A stretch of 54,925 nucleotides of DNA. Source: an uncultured Gammaproteobacteria bacterium. GTDB lineage: Bacteria; Pseudomonadota; Gammaproteobacteria; CAWUKA01. The stretch spans positions 1 through 54,925 of the forward strand of contig CAWUKA010000002.1 in assembly GCA_963922965.1 (NCBI GenBank). Direction: 5' to 3'. Both the position numbers and the translations under genes were made by a program. This document shows, in pieces, positions 27,689 through 37,180 of this stretch; the first letter of the stretch is position 1; each line of letters begins with the position of its first letter. Below the pieces are notes generated by a model that made no database searches, was not told the origin of the DNA, and worked only from the letters and a program-made list of their open reading frames with translations.

Positions 27689-28759
27689 CTATGTGTGATA
27701 TTGAGGACTCAGCTCAGCAACAGCCTGACAAAATACTGCAACGTGTTCAGGCGGTGTTGCAAGTTGTATACCGTGACCTAAATTTAGCACATGACCAGAA
27801 CCATGGCCAAATCGCTCCAACACGTCTGCCACTTGCTGGCGAATAATGTCAGGTTTGGCAAATAACAAAATTGGATCAAGGTTGCCCTGCAAAGCAACAC
27901 GATCACCAACCATCGCACGAGCTTTATCGATTTGGATAGTCCAATCGAGCCCAAGCGCATCTGCACCACTCGCAACCATTGTTTCTAACCAAAGGCCGGC
28001 ACCTTTAGTAAATAAAATAATTGGAATATCAGCATGAACACTCTTAATACGCTCTATAATCTGCTGCATATACGCAAGTGAAAATGTTTGGTAGCAAGCT
28101 TCCGTTAATACACCACCCCAGGTATCAAATAACATAATCGCGTCGACACCAGCACTGATTTGAGCTAGCAAGTAATCAACAACACACTCAGTGAGGTGCT
28201 GCAACAATTGTTGCATTATTTCAGGTTCACGGTACATCAACCCTTTCACTTGACTAAAGTCTTTACTGCCACCACCTTCAACCATATAGCAAGCTAATGT
28301 CCAGGGGCTGCCAGAAAAACCAAGCAGTGGGACTGATTGTTTTATTTCAGCTTTAGTCAATTGTATCGCTTCCATGACATAGCCTAAGTCTTTTGCAGCC
28401 TCAATCTGCGGCAACTTAGCAATATCAGTGGCGGTACGCACTGGCTCAGCAAACTGAGGACCCTCACCTTTAACGAAGTGCAGACCAAGCCCAAGTGCAT
28501 CTGGAATTGTTAGAATATCAGAAAAAATAATCGCTGCATCGAGTGGGTAACGCCGTAATGGTTGCATGGTGACCTCGCATGCCAAGCGAGGGTTTTTAAA
28601 TAAATTGATGATGTCTCCTGCTTGTTCACGCACCTCACGATACTCAGGCAGATAGCGACCTGCCTGACGCATGAGCCAAACTGGAGTACGTGGCACAGGT
28701 TGATGTCGCAATGCTCGTATGAGCAGATCATTTTTCAAGGGGTTTGCGCTGTTAGTCAT
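27689..28759 (-). CDS. hemE: Uroporphyrinogen decarboxylase
   Basis: The 356-aa ORF has the [15 protein letters not shown] signature near the N-terminus. Confidence 0.97.
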   Translation of the reverse strand: MTNSANPLKNDLLIRALRHQPVPRTPVWLMRQAGRYLPEYREVREQAGDIINLFKNPRLACEVTMQPLRRYPLDAAIIFSDILTIPDALGLGLHFVKGEGPQFAEPVRTATDIAKLPQIEAAKDLGYVMEAIQLTKAEIKQSVPLLGFSGSPWTLACYMVEGGGSKDFSQVKGLMYREPEIMQQLLQHLTECVVDYLLAQISAGVDAIMLFDTWGGVLTEACYQTFSLAYMQQIIERIKSVHADIPIILFTKGAGLWLETMVASGADALGLDWTIQIDKARAMVGDRVALQGNLDPILLFAKPDIIRQQVADVLERFGHGSGHVLNLGHGIQLATPPEHVAVFCQAVAELSPQYHT

Positions 28760-28779
28760 TGATAAGCTCTTATTAAACG

Positions 28780-31023
28780 TTAAGCACTCATTCTATCAAG
28801 TACTGTTTTTTTTTCATCACTAGCGACCTCTTGCTGCAATTTCATAATTTTTTGTACCCAAGGATTATTTTTCTGTAAATTGACCGGCAGGGTTTTAATC
28901 GCCTCTTTCGCAGCTTGATAGCTGGGATAGTTGCCCAAAATCACGATATACCATGAGCTACCATCACGACGCTCTATACGTAATGCTGCTGCCTTACCCT
29001 GCAACTGTTGGGCCTTAATATAGTGCTGCAAACCTGAAGGGTCATTCACACCTAATAGTTGTAGTGTGTAATGGCCTGGCGACGCTTGCAGTAATTGCTC
29101 GCGATTTAAAATATAATGCACTCCAGTATCTAAAGTTAACGTCGACTGTGCTAACTTTGCGTGAGCCGATTTTGGTTTCATTGAACTTGCAAGCTTAGTC
29201 GTTAGATGATTTGACTTTGCTAAGTTTGAAAGTTGTTTACCTGATACAGATTGAGTGGGTTGTTTCGTTAACGTTGCTGTCGAATCAGACGAGCTTTTAG
29301 TCTTCGGCTGCGTATCGCGGCCCAGCTCATCATGAGCTGACGCTAGGTCACCATCAACACTATAGTTAGCAACGATTTCATCATGGCCTGAAAACTCAAT
29401 TGCATTCTTCACTACTGCCTTGTTGGCAAGATTAACGACTGTGATCGGCTCAACTCGTGCAGGTGGTGTATCAATCTGCCTCATTCGATCGACGTTTACT
29501 TTTTCCAGTTCAGCTTTACTGGTATGGACTGGAATGATTTTACGCTGCATATGCTTCGGAGTTGAGGCAGTAGGCAATGCTGGCTCAGGAACTGATTTCT
29601 TGTCAAGAACAACATGTTGTTCTGCTACTGACTGTCGAGCAACTGGTTGCTGAGTCGACTGCAAAGCGATAGGATTCTCTTTAGCCTCATGTAGCAGCCC
29701 TTCCACTTCATCATTTAATATCGGCAGCGTTGGCTCTTGTACTAGCGCCTGTTGCATTGGTTGTGGCGGGCTTACTGGTACCGTACCAGCACTGACAGCC
29801 TTGGCATCGGCTAACTCTGGCGCAACCAATGCTGACTCTGCTGCCTGGGCAAATGAATCGGCTGGCTCTGATGACTCTAGAGCTGTGACATCAAAAGCAG
29901 AATTCGATGTTGGAGCGATTGCAACCGGGTCTGATACCAAACTATTGGTTGTTAATGGACGATTTAGGTAGGCATAGAAAATCCCAGCTAAGACCAGTAA
30001 CGATAGTAGGAAAGCAAATTTCAAATTGCCAAGGTGAAACAAACCATGACTTGCTCTGCGTTCCGCTACGATGACAGCAGCGCTTGCTCTATAGGTAGGT
30101 TCACGGCTTGCCTGTTGCTGCTCACGTTTTTTATTATTTTTCACTTCAATAAACTCCGCTTCTGATGTATCTCGTGGCCATGTTGTCATATGCTCTCGCT
30201 TGTTTGCATTCGATACCAATGTATCAGCATCTGAAAAGCGTGATGCTTGCTGCTTATCATCAGGACTACTCTTCTGCTGTTCTATTGCATTCTTTAATAA
30301 ACGGGTTAACTCTTTATCGATAAGAGCAGGTACACCTTCAGTTTTATCAAACACTTGACGCAAAATTGTTGGGGTAAACAAGTGCTTATTGTAAACACTC
30401 AATGCTGACAATTTTTGCTGTGCGTAGTGCATAGTATCAGCTTGTGATAATGGCTCAAGCGTTATTGTATGGACCTCGAGATCTGCACCAGCCTCAACCA
30501 TCGCTGCATCGATGTTTGCTGTTAACGAAGGCTCTGCAAACAGCAAAATGTGTAGATATTGTCGACTATCGAACTCCAGTTCAAGCAACCTAATCAGGGT
30601 TTGTAAACAAGCAGCATTTAGCTGGTGAGCATCATCGATAACGAAAATCCCATCCGTTTCGCTCTCCTGCATCTTAATCATCAAGGTTTGCAAATTTTTC
30701 GGCACACTGACTTCAGGGTCTAACTCAAGAATATTAAATCCTTTGCTAATCTCAATAAGCATCTGCTGCGCAGTACTAACTTGCGAGGCGTTAATCGTGT
30801 AAGTGGGGAGTGAGTCACTGACTGCGGTTAAGAACTGCTGCTTCAAAGCACTTTTACCCATGCCGGAAACTGCGGTCACTAAAATCAAGACACGGCTATG
30901 ACATGCCAGATGCTTTAGCAGATCGATACGTTGCTCAAGCTCAACATTCTTGATGTAGTGTGCTGACTCATGTATTGGTAACGCAGTCTCTGTCTGATTG
31001 GCTGGTGCCTTTTCTTTACGCAT
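28780..31023 (-). CDS. ExeA-like AAA ATPase domain, single TM, long disordered linker, C-terminal SPOR domain (DamX-position protein)
   Basis: There is a Walker A motif ([13 protein letters not shown]) and a Walker B motif (IFVIDDAH). A hydrophobic segment ([17 protein letters not shown]) lies near residue 340. About 300 residues follow that are P/Q/S/T/A-rich. The SPOR-like end is [34 protein letters not shown]. It sits downstream of aroK, like P. aeruginosa PA5037 and E. coli damX. Confidence 0.8.
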   Translation of the reverse strand: MRKEKAPANQTETALPIHESAHYIKNVELEQRIDLLKHLACHSRVLILVTAVSGMGKSALKQQFLTAVSDSLPTYTINASQVSTAQQMLIEISKGFNILELDPEVSVPKNLQTLMIKMQESETDGIFVIDDAHQLNAACLQTLIRLLELEFDSRQYLHILLFAEPSLTANIDAAMVEAGADLEVHTITLEPLSQADTMHYAQQKLSALSVYNKHLFTPTILRQVFDKTEGVPALIDKELTRLLKNAIEQQKSSPDDKQQASRFSDADTLVSNANKREHMTTWPRDTSEAEFIEVKNNKKREQQQASREPTYRASAAVIVAERRASHGLFHLGNLKFAFLLSLLVLAGIFYAYLNRPLTTNSLVSDPVAIAPTSNSAFDVTALESSEPADSFAQAAESALVAPELADAKAVSAGTVPVSPPQPMQQALVQEPTLPILNDEVEGLLHEAKENPIALQSTQQPVARQSVAEQHVVLDKKSVPEPALPTASTPKHMQRKIIPVHTSKAELEKVNVDRMRQIDTPPARVEPITVVNLANKAVVKNAIEFSGHDEIVANYSVDGDLASAHDELGRDTQPKTKSSSDSTATLTKQPTQSVSGKQLSNLAKSNHLTTKLASSMKPKSAHAKLAQSTLTLDTGVHYILNREQLLQASPGHYTLQLLGVNDPSGLQHYIKAQQLQGKAAALRIERRDGSSWYIVILGNYPSYQAAKEAIKTLPVNLQKNNPWVQKIMKLQQEVASDEKKTVLDRMSA

Positions 31024-31147
31024 GTCGTTATCTCCAAACCATCGGCAACATGGTTAAAGTTTGCCTACCAAAATAATCAACATTATCCTTTAATTTTTAA
31101 CCAATCTCAACAACCACAACACCTAATCAGCCGGTAGCTAAATACTG

Positions 31148-31696
31148 CTATATTTGACCACACCCTTGCAGATGCTGAATGATTTCGGCAACGACCGCGC
31201 GTATAGAGCGTTTTTCAGTCGAAAACTTACTGTTAGCAATACTTTGATAAATTGGATCCCGCTCTGCTTGCATATCTTGCAGCATTTGATTCAAGTCATC
31301 AGATTGTTCAAGTAGCGGCCGGCGATGGTCATGGGTTGATTCGCGCTCGCGCTTGATACGTTGCAATTGCTGTTCTACAGAAGCATATAGATACAGGACA
31401 TAGCCACGGTTAGCGATCATTTTACAACAGGCAGGATTGGCAACCACACTGCCACCTGTTGCCAATACAATGCTTGGCCGCTGCGTCAGGTCATCAATAA
31501 CCTTCTGCTCACGCGCACGAAAGCCTTCTTCACCCTCTAGATCATATATCCAAGGAATGTCAGCACCGGCACGCTGCTCAATTTCTTTATCAGAATCAAA
31601 AAAATCAGCGTTTAATTCGCGGGCCAATGCGCGCCCGATAGTACTTTTACCTGCACCCATCGGACCTACTAAAAATAATCCTTGCTCACCTAACAT
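31148..31696 (-). CDS. aroK: Shikimate kinase (start trimmed to the ATG at 31696)
   Basis: The sequence LFLVGPMGAGKSTIGRALA..FFDSDKEIE..ATGGG-like ATGGS is an AroK signature. The longer track ORF would overlap pilQ. Confidence 0.93.
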   Translation of the reverse strand: MLGEQGLFLVGPMGAGKSTIGRALARELNADFFDSDKEIEQRAGADIPWIYDLEGEEGFRAREQKVIDDLTQRPSIVLATGGSVVANPACCKMIANRGYVLYLYASVEQQLQRIKRERESTHDHRRPLLEQSDDLNQMLQDMQAERDPIYQSIANSKFSTEKRSIRAVVAEIIQHLQGCGQI

Positions 31697-31706
31697 GATA
31701 AAATTC

Positions 31707-33893
31707 TTAATGACTAAACATTCTTGATTCAACAATCTTGGGCGTGACAAACACTAATAACTCAGTACGATTCGTAATGACTTTGTTATGTCGAAACAAA
31801 CGACCCACCACTGGTAGAGAGCCAAAAAGCGGTACGCGCTGCAAATCATCACGGTTTGTTTTCTCATAGACGCCGCCTAGCACGACTGTTTGACCATTAC
31901 TGACCAAAACCTGTGTTTGTACCTCACGTGTATCAATTGCTGGTGGGCCACCTGTATATATCTCTTCACCACGCGCATCTTTATTCACCTGCAACGATAG
32001 TAAGATATTATTATTCGGCGTAATCTGCGGAGTTACTTCCAAGCGTAACTCAGCCTCGCGAAAAGCCACGGTAGTCGCACCGCTTGATGAGGCAGTCAAA
32101 TAAGGGATTTCTTCACCCGCTAAGATATGAGCAGTTTGCTGGTCTGAGGTAATCAACTTCGGACTTGAAATGATTTCAGCAACGCCTTCTGTTTCCAATG
32201 CTGATAGTTCTAAATCCAATAACACATCGCTACCCAGCTTAGCTAACGCAAGGCCAATCTTGCCTGAGGAACTACCAGCAGCAAAATCAAAATTTAATCG
32301 GTTTGCCAAAGTGACATCTGAGGATGCTTCATCATTTGCCTTCATTGAATTAGCACCGGTCAAAGTACCCGATAAGGTTTGATCTCTAGTAATACCGAAA
32401 CGAACCCCGAGATCTTTCTCCCTGTTTTTTTCAATGTTAACAACACGTGCCTCAATCAAAACTTGGCGTACTGGCACATCAATCCGTGAAATCAGCTCAC
32501 GAACTTCGCGCAACTTAGTTGGTGTATCTTGCACAATTAAAGTATTAGTTCGCTGATCGACACTTACTGATCCAGACTCTGATAACAAACTTGGACCTTG
32601 ATGCGGTGCCAACAGCCCAGACAGCTCAGTCGCAGTCGCATAGTTGAGCTGAATCAACTCTGTATGCACCGGCTCCAAATCTGAAATCTGACGCAACGCT
32701 TGCAACTCTTGCCTTTCTCTTGCTGCCAAATCAGTAGCCCGATCGATCAACATAACATTACCTACCTCACGTTTATCTAAGCCACGAGTCTTCAATATGA
32801 TATCGAGGGCTTGATCCCAGGGCACGTTATTCAGACGCAGCGACATACTGCCACGAACGGCATCACTAATCACAACATTCATGCCAGTGAATTCTGCTAG
32901 CAGCTGCAGTACTGCTCGGACTTGAATATCTTGAAAATTAAGCGATAGGCGCTTGCCTTTGTAACGTGGCTTTTTCAAACGCTCGAGCAAAGCAGTTTCT
33001 TCTGAAACTGGTTTGACATCAATAATAAACTGATTATCAACCTGATAAGCAAGATGCTCATAATTGTGTTTTGTTTCAATTCTGATTTGCGTATTCTTGC
33101 CCTCGGGAGTCACAGTGAAATTAGTCACTGGTGTTGCAAAATCACCAACATCATAATAACGTTGCAATGATTTTTTAACGCCGGTATCAAGAAAATTTGC
33201 AACCAAAGCACCGCCAATGATACTTACATCAACAGAAATTTTAGGATCGGAAATATTAACGATAATGCGACCACCTCTAGCATCGCCCTTACGGAAATCT
33301 ACCCCAGTGATAGCGTGTTTGGTCGTGGCAAGCGATACCAACTGACTGGCATCAATCGCGTTTGGCTTTGCAAACCGAGCTTGACCTGCTTTCGCAGCAA
33401 TACTTTTGCCGGCGATAATCAAATCAACTTGGCTACCGTGAACATCGAGTCGAAAGCCAGTAGACTGTCTGAGCTCAAGTACGATCCGTGTCCGGCCCCC
33501 AGCTTCGACCGCAAGCACCTCATAAGCCATGCCAGCATCGATTTTTCGTTTGCGCTGCTGGAGTGAATTCTTCACCCCAATCAAATCGAGGATAATGCGC
33601 GGTGGATTTTTTGTCACAAAGCTCTTCACATGGCTATTATGAATAGGCTGACTCAAATTAAAGCGGATCAGTGTTTCACTACCTGATAAGGCTGCCAACT
33701 TCATTGACTGTAGCGCAATTGGCTTAGCGTCAGAAGGTGCGGCATTGCTTTGCCCTGCATAGACACATAGCACCAGACAGTACGAGGCTAGTAGTGATGA
33801 GATTACCTGTGTGAGCTGTTTCTTCATTACTTGAGCAAGATTATATCTAATTACCATTTTAGTGTTGTTATTTTCCAAAACAAGAGAACTCAT
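31707..33893 (-). CDS. pilQ: Type IV pilus secretin PilQ
   Basis: AMIN-type N-terminal repeats, N0/N1 domains and a C-terminal secretin core (..VVLGGVYE..VPLFGSLPVVGRLF) are present. The start may be the ATG at 33827 (MKKQLTQVISSLL.. signal peptide) rather than 33893. Confidence 0.93.
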   Translation of the reverse strand: MSSLVLENNNTKMVIRYNLAQVMKKQLTQVISSLLASYCLVLCVYAGQSNAAPSDAKPIALQSMKLAALSGSETLIRFNLSQPIHNSHVKSFVTKNPPRIILDLIGVKNSLQQRKRKIDAGMAYEVLAVEAGGRTRIVLELRQSTGFRLDVHGSQVDLIIAGKSIAAKAGQARFAKPNAIDASQLVSLATTKHAITGVDFRKGDARGGRIIVNISDPKISVDVSIIGGALVANFLDTGVKKSLQRYYDVGDFATPVTNFTVTPEGKNTQIRIETKHNYEHLAYQVDNQFIIDVKPVSEETALLERLKKPRYKGKRLSLNFQDIQVRAVLQLLAEFTGMNVVISDAVRGSMSLRLNNVPWDQALDIILKTRGLDKREVGNVMLIDRATDLAARERQELQALRQISDLEPVHTELIQLNYATATELSGLLAPHQGPSLLSESGSVSVDQRTNTLIVQDTPTKLREVRELISRIDVPVRQVLIEARVVNIEKNREKDLGVRFGITRDQTLSGTLTGANSMKANDEASSDVTLANRLNFDFAAGSSSGKIGLALAKLGSDVLLDLELSALETEGVAEIISSPKLITSDQQTAHILAGEEIPYLTASSSGATTVAFREAELRLEVTPQITPNNNILLSLQVNKDARGEEIYTGGPPAIDTREVQTQVLVSNGQTVVLGGVYEKTNRDDLQRVPLFGSLPVVGRLFRHNKVITNRTELLVFVTPKIVESRMFSH

Positions 33894-34402
33894 CGCTTGT
33901 TGAGTCGTAAATGGTTATTCCTGACTTTCCATTCACCATATTTGTCGCGAATTGACTCCAGTATATCAATTCTGTCGTGAGAAATGTTAGTTACGCGACC
34001 AAAGTTTTTGCCAATGTAAGAACCTTCGTGCACACGATGTACAACACCTTTCGGATCACGGAGTAGCGCCCATACCCTGGAGCCTTGTGCCAACAGCCCA
34101 ACCATTTTTATGGCGTCAAGCGGGTAACCTTCTAGCACTTCACGCTGCCTATCCATATCTGGACCTTCAACATTTGTCTTCTTTCGAACTATTTTTGAAA
34201 CAAATGGGCTACGTAGCTTAGCTGCGTTGTACTTATAAGGCGGGTAATCTTTATAAACTGGCAATTTTTCAATGGGTCGCGGCGGACGCTGCATGACTTT
34301 ATCAACATACCGACGCAACTCTGCAAACTCATCACGGCTACTGCATGCTATCAGAAAGGTGGCAATAAAAAAGATAACACTGAGTTGCTGAAGCTTTTTC
34401 AC
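33890..34402 (-). CDS. pilP: Type IV pilus lipoprotein PilP
   Basis: The 170-aa ORF has a lipobox (FLIAC). Position and size in the pilMNOPQ string fit. Confidence 0.85.
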   Translation of the reverse strand: MKKLQQLSVIFFIATFLIACSSRDEFAELRRYVDKVMQRPPRPIEKLPVYKDYPPYKYNAAKLRSPFVSKIVRKKTNVEGPDMDRQREVLEGYPLDAIKMVGLLAQGSRVWALLRDPKGVVHRVHEGSYIGKNFGRVTNISHDRIDILESIRDKYGEWKVRNNHLRLNKR

Positions 34403-34404
34403 AT

Positions 34405-35094
34405 TTAACCCTTAATAATGTCGCGAGCTTGTTTTTTTAGCTTTCTACTTGCTGTTTTTAGTGGTTTTTTTCTGGTTGAATTTGCGCTTCGCACTGGATC
34501 ATCTTTTGTGTACTCAAGATAGCGATATGTCTTCGCAGTAATCTGCATTGCAAGTAAATCTTGTCGTGATTCTTTTGCTGAAACAGGTTGAATAAGAAAA
34601 TCGTGTAAAGTAACAATCCGTTTGATATTGGCTAGCCGGCTAACGAAACTAGCAAACTGATGATAAGAACCGAGTACTGAAATTTCTATAGGTAACTCGG
34701 CATAAAAATCATGCTGCTTTTCTTGTAACGGCTTAATTAGATTGAATTCCAGCCCCGTGGTATTACCAATTTCAGAAATTTCTTCTAGCAAACCTGGCAC
34801 TTCTGTGGTTCCAGGTAATTTTTGCAGCATATGACCAAACGTTTCACGAATCTCAACCAACTGCTTACGATATGCTTGAATACTCGACGCATAGCGCTGT
34901 TTTTTTTCAAATTCAGCCCTGAAATCAACATGTTCACTGCGTACCTTTTCTAACCTTTTCAGCTGCTCACCTGTGCTAAGCTTGTAGCCTGCTACAAGCA
35001 AGATGATCCCCAACACAGATGCAATCACTAGCTTTATCACCAGCGGCCATTCGCCAATGTTATCTACACTCAAGCTTTCTAAATTCAATTCCAT
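34405..35094 (-). CDS. pilO: Type IV pilus alignment protein PilO
   Basis: It has a single N-terminal TM, a coiled coil and a PilO-like core. Gene order supports the call. Confidence 0.88.
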   Translation of the reverse strand: MELNLESLSVDNIGEWPLVIKLVIASVLGIILLVAGYKLSTGEQLKRLEKVRSEHVDFRAEFEKKQRYASSIQAYRKQLVEIRETFGHMLQKLPGTTEVPGLLEEISEIGNTTGLEFNLIKPLQEKQHDFYAELPIEISVLGSYHQFASFVSRLANIKRIVTLHDFLIQPVSAKESRQDLLAMQITAKTYRYLEYTKDDPVRSANSTRKKPLKTASRKLKKQARDIIKG

Positions 35095-35672
35095 TATCGG
35101 TTATTTTTCCCGTCGCTAGTATGCTGTGGTGGCACGATATCCATTGTTAGTGCAAAATTACTATCTTCATTTTGACCTTTCTCTTTTTTGCTCGCCTTGA
35201 TTTCTGATAAACGAGGCGCAGTAACATAATCAGAGAAGCCAATGTTGCGCATCAATTTTGATACGCGAGCATTTGATTCGGACTGGCCAGTAAAAGAAAT
35301 AAATTCACCGCGCCTTTTAATCTCGTTTAACCTGATACCGTCAGGCATAACCCGGACCATGTCATCAAACAAATGTACGATCATCGAGCGATTTGCTTGC
35401 AAATCCTGGATGACCTCCATGCGTGCAATCAAGTTTTGTTTTTTTTGCTTTAAGTCACGAATTTCTTTGATTTTTTGATCGAGTAACGTAATTTGATCTC
35501 GCAGATACTTGTTTATTTGTTTTTCTTTCTTGATCATACCACCGATGGCAATATGGACTAGCAAAACAATAAGTATGGCGAAACTAGCAACCACACCTAG
35601 TGAAACGAAAAATTCGCGCTTACGTTCCTCGCGCAATTGTTCACGCCACGGCAATAAATTAATGCGTGGCAT
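35094..35672 (-). CDS. pilN: Type IV pilus alignment protein PilN
   Basis: The N-terminus INLLPWRE is the PilM-binding motif of PilN and is followed by a TM. Gene order supports the call. Confidence 0.88.
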   Translation of the reverse strand: MPRINLLPWREQLREERKREFFVSLGVVASFAILIVLLVHIAIGGMIKKEKQINKYLRDQITLLDQKIKEIRDLKQKKQNLIARMEVIQDLQANRSMIVHLFDDMVRVMPDGIRLNEIKRRGEFISFTGQSESNARVSKLMRNIGFSDYVTAPRLSEIKASKKEKGQNEDSNFALTMDIVPPQHTSDGKNNR

Positions 35673-36754
35673 TAGTCAAAACCTCGCATAGCCAAACCAC
35701 AAGCCACCATCAAAGCAGGCGCCTCTGCACGTAGCGCTTTAGATTTTACTTTGCCAGACACAACCATATTGACAAATGGATCGGCGACAATCACTGGCAC
35801 GCCCGTATGTTCTGCAATAAGTTCAGCAACGCCGTCAATGCTAGCATTACCACCAGCTAAAACCAGCTGCTCAACATCTTCATTACAAGCAGATGAGTAG
35901 AATTGTAAGGTGCGCAACACATGAGGCAATAGAGTATTCTTAAAAATTTCCAACACTTCGTTCGATTTACCATCAGCGCTCATACCACCACGCTTTTTGA
36001 CATAGCCTGCTTGACTGTAACTCAAACCATATTGTTGTTGTAGGTCGCGTGTTAGATGCTTGCCACCAACAGCCTCTTCATGACTATAAGTTGTCACTAA
36101 GTCTTTCAACACTGTCAAAGTCGTTGAGGAGGCCCCCATATCAAGTACCCCAATATTTTTACCCATACCTCCATTAACCAGCTGATCAGTCAATAAGCCA
36201 CAAGCACGCTCGACAGCGTATGATTCAACATCAATGACTTTTGCTTCTAAGCCACTAATGTCCAACGCTTCTCGAATCACTTCAATATTTTCAGCACGGG
36301 AGGCAACGACCAAGACATCAAGCAAATCCGGATCGACTGCTGATACGCCTAGCACGTCAAAGTCTAACCTGACCTCTTCTAGCGGATAGGGAATGAACTT
36401 ATCAGCATCAAGTAAAATAAAATTTTCGATTTCATAGTCACTTAAACCAGGTTCGACCTGCATTGTCTTGGTGATAATCGCTGAGCTTGCAATAGCAACA
36501 GCCGCAGACTCAACCTCAACGCCGGCTTTTTCCTTTGCTTGCGAAATCGCTTTGGCGACAGCTTCCACGTCTTTTATGTCTTTATCAACAACTGCCCCAC
36601 TTGGCATAGGTACCGCTGCGTAGTGCTCAACACGATAGCGATCACCACTACGACTTAACTGCAACATTTTTATCGACATGGTGCTAATATCGATGCCGAC
36701 CATTGCATCGATTCTTCGGCCAAAATTAAACACAGAGCATCCTTTTTTGCGCAT
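35672..36754 (-). CDS. pilM: Type IV pilus actin-like ATPase-fold protein PilM (start trimmed to the ATG at 36754)
   Basis: The sequence VGIDISTMSIKMLQLS.. shows the actin/FtsA-like fold pattern. The roughly 360-aa length is typical. It is divergent from ponA, as in Pseudomonas. Confidence 0.92.
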   Translation of the reverse strand: MRKKGCSVFNFGRRIDAMVGIDISTMSIKMLQLSRSGDRYRVEHYAAVPMPSGAVVDKDIKDVEAVAKAISQAKEKAGVEVESAAVAIASSAIITKTMQVEPGLSDYEIENFILLDADKFIPYPLEEVRLDFDVLGVSAVDPDLLDVLVVASRAENIEVIREALDISGLEAKVIDVESYAVERACGLLTDQLVNGGMGKNIGVLDMGASSTTLTVLKDLVTTYSHEEAVGGKHLTRDLQQQYGLSYSQAGYVKKRGGMSADGKSNEVLEIFKNTLLPHVLRTLQFYSSACNEDVEQLVLAGGNASIDGVAELIAEHTGVPVIVADPFVNMVVSGKVKSKALRAEAPALMVACGLAMRGFD

Positions 36755-37180
36755 ATTGCTGTTAGGTTTAGAGTTCACAGCTAGAAACAACCTGTGGCTG
36801 CGGAAGATGCAACAATCAAAAGTAATTCGCAACTGTGGATTCTAAGTCTTAGTATAGAGAATATCCCCTATAAAGAACAGTTGCTTAGTAGGAGGTGGCC
36901 GGCAGGGTCAGTGCAACACCCCATAAAAATCACTGTCCGATTTATTGAATTAATTAGCAAACAATTGCGGGCGCTTAGCGGATAGTTTATGGCTCAATCA
37001 TTGGCTCTCAGAGCAAACATTTATGAGATTGTTTTAGTCAAATTGAACAAATAAAGTTATAATCTCAGCGTTCGTATTTAGAATTCAGGAATACCACTAT
37101 TCATGGGACTATGAATTAAGGTCTAAACTGTAGTTTATGCGCTGATAACAAGCTCCCGTTTAGATCGAAGGCCGGCTTAA

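Noticed and set aside
31697-31750. An aroK N-terminal extension overlapping the pilQ 3' end.
   Set aside because: The conserved AroK sequence starts just before the P-loop. The ATG at 31696 gives a typical 182-aa protein without the overlap.
36755-36832. A pilM N-terminal extension (MRITFDCCIFRSHRLF..).
   Set aside because: It is Cys/Arg/Phe-rich and unlike PilM. The ATG at 36754 gives the usual length of about 360 aa.
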